Assembly (NCBI GenBank): GCA_964252035.1
Contig: OZ176203.1
Source of the DNA: Podarcis erhardii
Taxonomy: Eukaryota
DNA length: 64,000 bases
Direction: 5' to 3' (one strand)
This document shows, piece by piece, positions 24,358 through 34,906 of this stretch. The notes under the pieces are model-generated. The model ran no database searches, was not told where the DNA came from, and saw only the letters and a list, made by a program, of their open reading frames with translations. Within the stretch, counting starts at the first letter, position 1. The number at the start of each line of letters is the position of its first letter. The translations under genes were made by a program, and so were the position numbers.

Positions 24358-25437
24358 CTAAAGTTTCTCCAGACTTTTGGGGTTGGTGAGGATCTCCCTG
24401 GCCAGCCGCCACGTTTGTTTGGCCGCGTTTTCGAGGGCCGAGTGCGGCTTGCCCTGGAAGAGGTCTAAGTTGGGCAAGAAGTAGTGCGGGCAGCGCCTGC
24501 ACTGCAGGCACGAGATGAGCTGCAGCAAGATGCCGTTGAGCCGGTCGCCCAGGCACGACTCGTCCCAGTCCGACTCGCGGGGATGCTTCTCGCACTCGTA
24601 CGACACCAGAGTCTTCATGTGGTAGTTGTTGAGCGGCTGGCCGGGCAGCTCGAGGTGGCGATCGCGCAGCGTCTTGAGGATGGAGAGGCATTTCTTGCGG
24701 CAGCCGCCCATCTGCAGCCGGTTCTCGGCCTCGGCGAACTGCAGCACCCAGGCGTCGCTCTCGGCCGAGCTCTGCTTGCCGGCCAGCGAGTGGCACTCCT
24801 TGGAGAGCAGGTTGAAGCCCTCGGCCTTCACCTCGGCCACGCGGTTGGGCCCCGGCCAGGGGATGTGCGGCAGCGGCCAGTGCGCCGCGCTGCGCGGCCA
24901 GATGCCCGTGCACTTGAAGGCGGGCGTGATCTGCACCACGTAGCGGTCGCGGATGCGCAGCTTGACCTCGCTGGTGTCCGCCACCATCTTCACCACGTCG
25001 CGGTAGCTGCACTTGTCCACGGCCTGCGCCACCAGCGTCTGGAAGCGCGAGCGGATCTTGCGCGCCGACAGGTAGCCCGAGGCCGTGATGAACTCCACCC
25101 AGAGCGACATGCTCCGCTTGCGCCCGTCGCTCAGCTTGAGCACGGCGCAGCCGGGCAGCGAGCCGTCGTCGACGAAGTTGAAGACGCCCATCTGGTTGAG
25201 GTAGAGCACCACCTCGAACTCGGTGGGCGAGATGACCTCCAGGCCCTCGTAGCGGTTGTCCATCTCGTTGAGGGAGCTGATGAAGCGCGGCTCCTGCACC
25301 TCCACCTCCTTCAGCACGTCCGACACCACCTTGCACACCTCGCGGATGGTCTTGGCGATGGCCGCCTTGCGCGCCTGGCACTTCTCGTTGTAGTATTTGT
25401 TGAGGTGGTACACCAGCTTGGCCTGCGCCGCGATCAT
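24358..25437 (-). CDS. MAB21L1: Mab-21-like 1, intronless, 359 aa, cGAS/Mab21 nucleotidyltransferase fold
   Basis: ATG at 25437 to TAG at 24358 (1080 nt), MIAAQAKLVYHLNKYYNEKCQARK...LTNPKSLEKL. Residues I recall as L1-specific versus MAB21L2 are present (YYNEKC, LNEMDNRY, SLEKL). E49/R51 and E73-F-E75 are intact. Host gene NBEA (not LRBA) also fits L1. Confidence 0.97.
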   Translation of the reverse strand: MIAAQAKLVYHLNKYYNEKCQARKAAIAKTIREVCKVVSDVLKEVEVQEPRFISSLNEMDNRYEGLEVISPTEFEVVLYLNQMGVFNFVDDGSLPGCAVLKLSDGRKRSMSLWVEFITASGYLSARKIRSRFQTLVAQAVDKCSYRDVVKMVADTSEVKLRIRDRYVVQITPAFKCTGIWPRSAAHWPLPHIPWPGPNRVAEVKAEGFNLLSKECHSLAGKQSSAESDAWVLQFAEAENRLQMGGCRKKCLSILKTLRDRHLELPGQPLNNYHMKTLVSYECEKHPRESDWDESCLGDRLNGILLQLISCLQCRRCPHYFLPNLDLFQGKPHSALENAAKQTWRLAREILTNPKSLEKL

Positions 25438-25586
25438 GTTGGGACAGAGATCCGGGTTGTAGACCGGAGTCTCGCAGTAGGCGCTGGGATCCAATGCGGC
25501 TGCTAAGGCGGGAGCCAACTTCAGACGGGAATCCGGACGCCCGGCGCGGGGAAGCGGAGCCCCAGGCCGCCCAAAGGCGCTGCTCT

Positions 25587-25610
25587 CGCCGCCGCCGCCG
25601 CCGCCGCTGC
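25587..25610 (-). repeat. (GGC)6 tract flanked by AGC units in the MAB21L1 5' UTR
   Basis: Minus strand reads AAAAAGAGCAGC(GGC)6GAGAGCAGCGCCTTT, about 150 nt upstream of the ATG. Confidence 0.85.
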
Positions 25611-25776
25611 TCTTTTTGCTGCTCGGCTCCTCCTCAGCTCCGAGGCTCGCTCGCAGGCTGTCTTTCTCTCTCCTTGCAGGCTGAAGATGGACCCTTCTGC
25701 CCCGGACAGATCTCCGAGTCTTTCCCAAACACGCACAGGCACACAAACCCCTGGGTTCTTTGTTGGAAACGATCCT

Positions 25777-25891
25777 TCAGGGAGCAGAGGAAAGCATGGA
25801 AGAGCTGCAGTTAAAAAAAGGGAAGCAAAGTTTGCGCCCAGTTGCAGCCAGGCTCCCACCAGTCAAAATAATAACACATCGGAGCAGGCAT
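25777..25891 (-). other. Two uORFs in the MAB21L1 5' leader
   Basis: uORF1 25891-25811 MPAPMCYYFDWWEPGCNWAQTLLPFF* (second ATG at 25879, out of frame with the CDS). uORF2 25797-25777 MLSSAP* (same frame as the CDS). Depends on the inferred TSS near 26090. Confidence 0.55.
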
Positions 25892-26084
25892 TTATTTTTC
25901 TCCTGGAGTCACCACGGGGTGTGAGCGTGTGTGTGTGTCTGAAGCGCAATGTTGGTAGTCAGATGGGGGGGGGGGCGGATTTCTGGGTGTTTCTCTTTCT
26001 CTCTCTCCCCCTCTGTGTGTGTGTGTGTGTGTCTCCCTGTCTCTGAGTGTGTGTTTATGTCAGGAGAAGCTGGCTGTTGGTTTG

Positions 26085-26290
26085 TATAAGAGCCCAGATG
26101 CACTCGCGTGGAAATTATAAAGGCAGGGCCAGGCAGGCGGGCGGCCAATCGCCACTGGGCTCGTCACGGCAGCCTCTTCCAGCTCCAGCCTGGTTAATTA
26201 ATCCCTCTCGGGGAGACAGAGAAACGCACAAACTCAAGGTAGGGGGCTGGTGGCAGAAAGGGACCAGCCAGGCCAGCGACCCATTGGGCA
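26085..26290 (-). promoter_or_regulatory. MAB21L1 core promoter (TATA, GC box, CCAAT boxes)
   Basis: Minus-strand TATAAT at 26119-26114, GGGCGG at about 26139-26144, CCAAT 26145-26149, ATTGG 26283-26287, TTAATTAA/TAATCC 26194-26204. Implies a TSS near 26090 (inferred from spacing). Confidence 0.6.
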
Positions 26291-27766
26291 GGCGAGGAGG
26301 CGGAAGGCGGCTACGGCTGTTGGGGAAAGGACTGCTTGCCACTCTTCTCGCCAGGCGTCCTCCGGAGCCTGCTCGTGGCGCAAAGGGGACCGCAGGTGCC
26401 AGGAACCCGGCACCCTTCTCCCGGCGAACTGGAGAGGCGCTTCGCTCCGGGGAAAAGGAAGCGGAGACATCACATGCGAAAACTTGGCTTCAACTGGTGC
26501 TGCCTGATAGACGTTGGAAACAGCTGGGAAGTTCTCCGCTTGTCAACCCGGCTATCCTAGTGTTAGAAAGTCATCGGTTGTACGATAGAGGGGAAATATG
26601 TACCAGGAGCAGCACCCTCCTCCTCTTTCTTCTTCCTCCCCAATTAAATAGCACAAAAGGCGAGCTGACGGGTCTCAATCGATTGGATGCAAATGGAGGC
26701 GCGTTTTTTACCTGGCTGTTTAGATTGGTAGCAGCTGAAGGAAGCGACCAGTCGCTGGCGGGCTTGACAGTTTTCCGGATTGAGTTTCCGAAGACGCGCA
26801 GCCCTGGCGAGCAATGAGTTAGTTGCCTTGTTGCCGCCTTTGTGTACCGCACGTGTCGCAAAGGTGCCCAGCCGCCTCCGCTGTCATTAGCAGCAACACT
26901 GTGGCAAAGTAAATGGCAACCCACAACTGAAGTGGGCAGGTTTCTGCACCCCACCTCACCCCCGTGTGGACTGTATTTGCAGTCTGGGTGGATTGTAATG
27001 GGAACGCGGGACAGAGGAGGAGCGGGAGAAATCGCGGTCAAGCTGGCAGGCAGCTTTTCTGTCCCATTTGGACAGTCCAGGTTTAGGGCAGCTCTAGTTA
27101 TGAGCCACTATCCCCTCCAGCGCCTCCAAGCAGGGCTGTTGGTTGCGCATAGCCGGCCAAACCTTCTGGTTTGCCGCCTGCTCTCTTGTTCCAAGAAGCA
27201 ACACAGTTCGGAACTGGGAGGGGAGCCCTGGAGCAGCTCCACCTTCCCCTCTCCCTTGAACGGCTTCCAAAAGCATCTATGAGCATCTTAATGTTAAAAT
27301 TAATTGGGTGCTGTCTAGGGAAAGTTAAGCGCGCTTTAGTTAATTCGAAATCAATGGGATTTAAGCCTGCATCCTAAAGATGTTGCTCAGAAATATCCAT
27401 TAAAATCAATTAATAAGCGTAAAACTAGACTGATGGGTGTTTTAAAAAAAATTGCTGCTCAAGCCTATATACGTCTACTCGTAATTAAGTCCCACTGAGT
27501 TTAATGGGACATACTCTCAAGTAAATTAATATAGAATTTTAGAGCCTTAGGCTGGTGCCTAAACCCCATGGATTTCAGTAGAAATCAGGCGCGTTTGATT
27601 TGCCCTGAATTTAAGCCCCTTTGTTTATCACTTGCTCCCTTAAATCTAATGCATGTCTACTTAGAAGTAAGGCCAACTGAGTTCAGTCGGGTTTACTGCC
27701 AAGGAACGGAATAGGATTGCAACCTTATCCTCCTGCACTCTTGCAGAATTCGTTCCTCGGGTGTGA

Positions 27767-27767
<1 letters not shown>

Positions 27768-27816
<49 letters not shown>
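27768..27816. repeat. (ATT)n microsatellite
   Basis: Seen directly in sequence. Confidence 0.95.
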
Positions 27817-27817
<1 letters not shown>

Positions 27818-27849
27818 TCGTTGCATTGATTAGACCGACTTCTAGATAA

Positions 27850-28620
27850 TGGTGAACTTCCTTATCGCCCGGCCCTAAAGGCATTTGCTTCCAAGCAAGT
27901 CCATCGACAAGTCGCGTGTTGGGCATTGCAGCAACCTGGTCCCTTTAGGATCCTATTGTGGCTGCTTGGCCCTTCAGATCACCTTTGCGTCTAGCGATCT
28001 GTTTGGGTTGCCTTCACTGTGCACTTCTCCGGGCGTGTTAGATCGTTGAATTAGATAGAGGCGAAAGGAGGAGAAACTGGAGCCGCCGCCCAGGGCGCGG
28101 GGAGGCAGCGGTAGCGCATCCTCCTGTGGACAAGGATGAGGATCTGGCGGGGCGCGCATTTTCTGCGCGGCCGTTTTCTGTCTGGGCAGGGATTGCAAAC
28201 GGCGTCGAGACGCTTCCAGACAGCAGCTCACCAGCGTGGCCTTGCCTGAGCTTAGCTTCAGAAATGTGCGTGGGGCAGGGAAGGATCGTGGGCGAGCGGA
28301 TAGGTTGGGGTCGAGCAGCCCAACAACAGGTGGAGGGGCGCCAGGAGAGACGCTGCGCAAGCAAATCTCTTTCCTGCAGAGAAGAGACCCGTCTGCATCC
28401 CGTCCTGCTATTTCCCTTCGCCCTCTCGCCTCTAAGAGGCTAAGGCTTGAGCTTGCGAAGGGGAAAGGCACTAGCGTGGCGCTCTCACATTTTATCTCCT
28501 TCATTCCGAGGGTGTTTGGGGTCGGTGGGAGAAGGGACCAGAGTCCTGCGCAAGGAGAGTCTGACAAGCATCTCGACTTTGCTCCTCTGAACCGGGAGCC
28601 CGGCCCCGGAGCACAGTCCC
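27850..28620. promoter_or_regulatory. CpG island upstream of MAB21L1
   Basis: GC- and CpG-rich block followed by an abrupt return to AT-rich intron at about 28650. Confidence 0.65.
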
Positions 28621-31600
28621 TGCACTTCTTTTTAACAGTACTGTATTAGTAGCGAACAGGCTGTGTTGTCCAAATACAGAAATTTAGCTGGAACTGTGCA
28701 GTGATCTACTGAACCGCTTAGTACAGGGGAAAACACATAGTAATAAATTGAAATTCGGTTCTCAGTGGAGGTGCAACAAAACTCCTCTGTGATAACTGAA
28801 AATCTTCACAACAAAGCACTCTCCTGAAGTGGTTCCTCTATGCTCTTCTAGCTGCTGAGATGACACACACAGTGAAGTCTTTAGACTTATATTTAGCTTG
28901 TTTCCATAATGATAAGGTGAAGGTTAGAATCAACTCCCTTTGATTCCTTACATTGGTTAGGATTGAGCTATAAATGGGTTGAATTATCTGTTACACCACA
29001 AAGTTGTTAATGTTTCTTGCAGAATATTGTCATTAAATATAAAATAATTACAGCAATTTATAAGCCTGCATTAGCAACATGTTGCTACACCTCATATTGT
29101 GATCGGTGCATGTCTACTTTGTATGTAAAATATAATTAATTCAGTGGAACTTACTACTTGGTAACTATGTATGGAATTGGAGATTAAAACTGAAAGCTTG
29201 TGTACTTGGGAGAGTAGGTTCTGTTGTAGGCAATGATTGAACTCCAGTTTCACTAGAATAAATATTCCTTTATAAATTTATATATCAAGCTGCTTTTCAC
29301 ATAGTGTTAAAAGTTTTGATTCTTTAAAATTAATTCAGTAACTGATGCAGTTGGTCCAGATATTTTGATTTATTTGAACTGTAAACTTAATCTAATAAAT
29401 ATAGAAGGATAACATTTAGGGATTATATTATTATTATATTAAAAATATTGAATTTGTTGTTGCATACAAAAAAACGTAGGCACTGAGAAAAGTTGTGTAA
29501 CATAACAATGATGTTATAGAATTTACCATACTAGATTAAAATTAATTCCAATTTTCAAACATTTTGTAAGGCATTTTTTTTAAAGGTGTTTGGAAGTTTT
29601 TCACATCCACTTGTAGTAAGGGTGTTTAAAACTAGCCTAGATACAAAATTCAATGTGAACTTTAATTTTATTTTAAAATTTTAGTCCTTCCAGGATTTAT
29701 GCCAATTTTAATTGCACTGAAGCCAAATGCAACTAAACTGAATGAATCCCTGTGCTTCTCTTTGTGATGAATTGGACTGAATGTTAACAAAGACTTTTAC
29801 ACTTCATAGTCATACAGAAGTCTCACATTAGATGAACAAATATAAATTAAGATGCTTGTTTGAAGGTGGTTAGCACACTTTACATATGCTCCTATATTTA
29901 AAATAGTCAGTTTTCTGTTTTCATTACATCCACCTATCAACTGAATCAAGTTTGGTCTTAGCGATAAGGACTTCTATCAGCAGAGCAAGATGAAAATAAC
30001 CAAGTGGAAATTAGGATTGATAATTGTGTAAGGAATTAAAGGTGTAGGAAAGTCTGAGGAGTGACTTTCTTCAAATTCTGCTGTTGTTGTTCCTGTTGCA
30101 CAGTCTTGCTCACTTTTACAGACTCTGCTGGGAACTCCGGCCCCCATACTTTCACATTAAATATTTTGTGCAATATTGTTGCAGTATTATTCACAAAGTC
30201 TTATCTCAGTTGGAAAAGAAGTGTGCCTAGACTGATTTTGTGTTCAGCAAACATAATTTATTAATTAGCAACTTCATTTTTAATTTTACGAATATTGGCT
30301 TTCCAGCTAGAGAAAACATGTTGGTTGCTTTGAATGCACAAGCTCTTCTATTTATGCCACATTGAATTCTCTTTGTGTAGTTGTGATTCTTCACACCACT
30401 GTTCATAAGTTTAAAGTCTTGTTTTTTAATATCTGTGTATTGCACTAGGGAAACAGAATATGAAGTGGGTTTTATTGAATTATTTATCCCTGTTGTTGGA
30501 GTGGGTTTGAAGGCTCATTTAATGTATCTGATATTCTAACAGTTCTCCACCCCCACCCATTTCATTACACATCATCCTGCAAGCCAAAATAAATTTCTTT
30601 TTTCCACTAGAGAAATGAAGCATACATCTTTGTAGCAGATTCACTTTTATTGTCACTGGGAAAAAAATAAAGGTGTATTTTCTTCCAGTTTAATTTATGG
30701 TGACTTTGAGTTTTTGTATTTCTTTTGTTATGTCTCTTTCAAACTAAGAGTGGGGAAACATACTATTAAAAGGGTAATCAGAGTAATGTCTATAATGCTT
30801 TTTTGATGTTTATAATTATTAAATACTTTATCTGCAGATAGAATGCATTATTATATTACAAAGGACTTGTGCATAAGTTTATTTATTTACAGTTGCTTAG
30901 AGAGAAATTTCACAGGGTACGACTCATGCAAAAATTACGACTGTGGCCATACCATTAGTACTTGACACAGTTACAGTCCCAGAGCTTTTTTATACATATA
31001 TTCTCTGTTCCAGATTTTGCTGAACTACAGCTCCCATCATTCCATTGGCCATGTTGGCTGAGGCTGATGGGAGTGTTCCACGGCTGGTCTAGAAAGAATT
31101 ATGTTCTCTGCTCTTTTCCCTCCCCCCATTACTTCCTTTCTCCAAAACATTGCAAATGTATTACAAATATTTCAGCAGTGTCATTCGGCTTTTGGGGAAA
31201 AAGGTGAACAGGGTTATTTCCACAGTGACTCTGTTTGCGGTTAAGTTGATACAGGTTTCTAATTCTCTGCCTGCCTCCTTTGCATTCTGACTGAGAAGTG
31301 CCCCCACAAATTGGACCCCAAACCCAGTATTGTAATGAAGTTTAGGGATGGTTGTTGTCTGTTTTCCTGTTTCCCATGTTCCAGATAATCCATCACAGCA
31401 TGTAGGAATTTTATAATCTGTGTTTGATAGCTGCCATGGGCTGCTCAAGCCTCTTCTCCTGTCTCTTTGAAATGCAGTTTTTTCATTCCCCCTCCTCTGC
31501 CAAAGCACTATCCTAACTGCTTTCCCCATATATATAATTTAGTGCTATGATTCTTGGGAAGCAAGAATTAAAACAGTACAAGCAAAAATCGCATATGAGT

Positions 31601-33739
31601 ATTGTGTATCACACAGAGTCTTATGTCACTTACAGAGCTCAGGCATAGTGGGTAATATCCAAATAATGTTTCTCACAGATTAGTTATGGCGCTGTGCCAA
31701 AAATAAGCCAAAGTATCTCCGTAAATTTCCAAAATGGTATTTATACTACATTCTGTTCTTCTGGACACTTGAGAACAACCACTAAGATCTCTCTTTTATG
31801 TTTTAAATAAACCATTCAGTGTTGTTAGAAGAATGTTTAAGACAAACACACTTTCTTCTTTGCAACAACAGGTTGTATAGTGCTGGCAAGTAAATAGCAG
31901 GCAGGATAATATGGGGAAATGCACTGCCGTGTTTGGTTTATTTATTTATCAACTGCATCAAAAGCAGACATTCTCAGCATGCCAGATTTCAGTTAAAGCA
32001 GTCCAACAGTGACATTTTAAGAATCCTACTTTGGGAATGCTCTTTTTTCCTGAACCCAGAATGGTCCATGGAATCAGAGGGGATTAGCTCCCTTTAATCT
32101 ACTGCATCTGCAGTGGGTCAACCAACAGAACTTTCATTACTGTTTCATGTTGTATGTGATTAAGTGACTAAAATATTCAATACTGACCTTGAAAATGAAG
32201 CAGCATGTGTTGGATAAACAGCTTTGAAAGCTTAAAGTAATCTTTCCTATAAACAAGATTTCTAAAATGTATTGTTTAACAGAGTGAACAGGATGACCAG
32301 AAAGGCATCGTTTGTAAGAGGGAACTGAATTTCTAGAAGCAGACATAAGTAAAAATGTACAAAAGATTAAAACACATTCATATACTATCAGATGTTACTA
32401 TTCGGATGGTTAGCACGATGCACACAAGCTGCCTTAATTATTGTGACGTACTTGTGCTTAAATGGATTTTTACCTCACCTTAAGGACATTTACTCGGAAG
32501 CGTCCTACTGATTTTAGTTTAATTCACCTCCCAAGTAAGGGCTGTTTTGAGATCTATTTTTCATATCTAAGGCCACTGTTATGCATGATACTAGGTAGAA
32601 ACCAGTGTGAGAAAAATACATAGCTTTTCTTTTAGTCACATGGAATCTGCCACAAGTATTCGGAGGCAGAAGTTGTAAATGAATCATTGTAGGTATGAAG
32701 CTGAGCATGAGTTTTAATAGGCCACTGTTAGGCATGCATTACACTGGGCTGAAACCAGTGTTTCTGGAAGTAGTGCCTAGAGTCACACAGCATCTGTGTT
32801 TCTGGAATTAAAAGTCTGCAGTTAGAACCGGATTTTGCAACACAGTATTTTCAAACTTTTATGCTGTGATTTTGAACTTTAAAAGATACATTGATTTAAG
32901 CTGTGAAATTCCTAGGTACTGAGAATCTGCAAGGCAACAAATTGCTGTACACCTGATTTTTAGAAGTGTCATGAATTTAGTGGATAGTTCAAGGCAAATT
33001 CAAAAGCACTCCACCACCAGTCACCTCCATATTATACTCCTACTCCTTATAGCCATTAACAAGAAGCCACTTATCCTGAGAAACCAAAGAAATATCTGGA
33101 TTCAATTAAGCCAAGGTCCAGAGGCTGGTAGAAAATCCTTGTTACTGCTGCAACTGATGAAGATGTATCAACCATATATGCTCAGCCATTGTTAGCCTGT
33201 GGCACTAGTTTTTTTCAAATTGGGCATTGTTGCATCTTTTCTCAGTAGTTGCAACAGCACAGGCCATTGTATGACTTATGGACATTATGGTATTTGATAC
33301 GTTTTTAGATGGAGAGGTTTTGGTTGAACTGGCATTAGAAAGGGGAAATGTCATGGCAACACAGCTGTGTATGGACCATACTGCATGGTGGAACCATAGA
33401 GTTGGCAGGAATGAATAGTAACACACTCTTATGCCAAAAAAAGGCCAATAACAATAGTAACACAGCAGCTTTATTTTAGTGACTTCTATATACCATGATC
33501 TAATAATTCTTTAGTTGAAATTTGGAAACTATTTTGCAAATCAATTTTTCAGATTTGAAGTCTAATGGTAGACTAACAAATGTATTTTAAAAATCATTTG
33601 TGTCATACCTTTTGAGTTACAGTCCACTTGAAGTAGCTTAGAATAATATTAAAGCAACACAATATAGAAACCAAAAATGGCAGATCTGAACAAAAAAGTC
33701 CAGTTAAAATAAGTAGCAAGCACCAGTCTTAACTGGGGT

Positions 33740-34470
33740 TTGTGGGGTGTTAGGGGAGGGGTAGTACCCGTCGTGATCCTTCTAGCATAGTTTGTCCATC
33801 TTTGGTCCCCATGCTGCACTCAGCTCTCACCTATGGCTCCTAGAAGCTCTCAGCATGTGACAGCAGCCACACCCCAGGAGTGACTTCCAACTGGCTGGTT
33901 AAACTAGGTGAGGGTAGCCGAGGGGTCTCAACCCCTCGGTGAGTTAGGGACTTTCCCTGCATGTGAAGACAGGCTCCAGCTGACTGAACAGATGAGACCA
34001 GTAGTGGGTCCAATAAGACAGTTTATGCACATTCTGTTGAGGGAAGTGAGGTCCAGATAGGGCTTGTCCACCTTGGAAGATAGCCCATCTAAGAGAAGGA
34101 AAACTCTAGTTCTAAACCTGTACTGCTTTGGGGGATATATTCAGGAGAAGAAAGGGCTAAGGAGTAAACCCTACACAAATCTAGAGTGGGGTACTTGTAC
34201 CTAAGATAGTTGGATGGTGCTTTGTGTGCCTCCTTCCAGCAACTCCTGCAGCTAAGCTGGTGCAAAAGGTATTGCTCTGCTTTCCTTTGGACCACATCAG
34301 CAAGGCCTAGAGGGGTGTTTTGTTGTCTGGGCAGCCCAGGACCTCCGTGCACACTGCCCAGGTTTGCTCCCCAGGGAGGTCACTTCGGTGCTGCTAACAC
34401 AGCGGTTTGACTTCACTCCTGGAGGTGCACTCCGTTGACTCTCGAGACACAGCAACAATATAAACTGCAG
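33740..34470 (+). mobile_element. Possible RTE-clade LINE 5' region remnant
   Basis: GC-richer block containing CCCATCTAAGAGAAGGAAAACTCTAGTTCTAAACC, which I recall as a motif of RTE-clade 5' UTRs. No ORF support. Confidence 0.35.
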
Positions 34471-34481
34471 CCCCATAGTAA

Positions 34482-34483
<2 letters not shown>

Positions 34484-34512
<29 letters not shown>
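34484..34512. repeat. (CT)n microsatellite
   Basis: Seen directly in sequence. Confidence 0.9.
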
Positions 34513-34514
<2 letters not shown>

Positions 34515-34680
34515 ATATGCAAAGTCTCAGTATTGGACTATCTACTCTTTGTGGGAGGCGGGAGCACTTAAAGCAGAATTTCCACTGTCCTATGATTCTC
34601 CAAAATAAATGATCTTGTGCATCTTTACTTGGAAATGAGTCTTGCTGAGCTTCAATGGTTATAACTCTCTAACTGTGATA

Positions 34681-34906
34681 CAGTGGTACCTCGGGTTACA
34701 TACGCTTCGGGTTACAGACTCCGCTAACCCAGAAATAGTGCTTCAGGTTAAGAACTTTGCTTCAGGATGAGAACAGAAATCGTGCTCTGGCGGCGTGGCA
34801 GCTGCAGGAGGCCCCATTAGCTAACATGGTGCTTCAGGTTAAGAACAGTTTCAGGTTAAGTACGGACCTCCGGAACGAATTAAGTACTTAACTCGAGGTA
34901 CCACTG
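34681..34906. mobile_element. Tc1/mariner-superfamily (Tigger-like) MITE
   Basis: TIR CAGTGGTACCTCG(G/A)GTTA at both ends and TA TSD. Near-identical family member at 45201. Confidence 0.92.

Larger units (their letters stand above)
24120..27200. promoter_or_regulatory. CpG island covering the MAB21L1 body, promoter and upstream region
   Basis: Continuous CpG-rich sequence across the CDS, leader and upstream region. Boundaries approximate. Confidence 0.8.

Noticed and set aside
24179-25506. 400-aa (minus, alternative frame) and 340-aa (plus) ORFs overlapping MAB21L1
   Set aside because: Shadow ORFs expected from near-complete GC3 codon usage, with low-complexity A/R/G/L composition and no recognisable domain.
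24358-25746. 462-aa ORF call as the MAB21L1 protein
   Set aside because: It starts at a TTG chosen by the ORF finder. The canonical 359-aa protein starts at ATG 25437. The extension is treated only as a hypothesis in findings.
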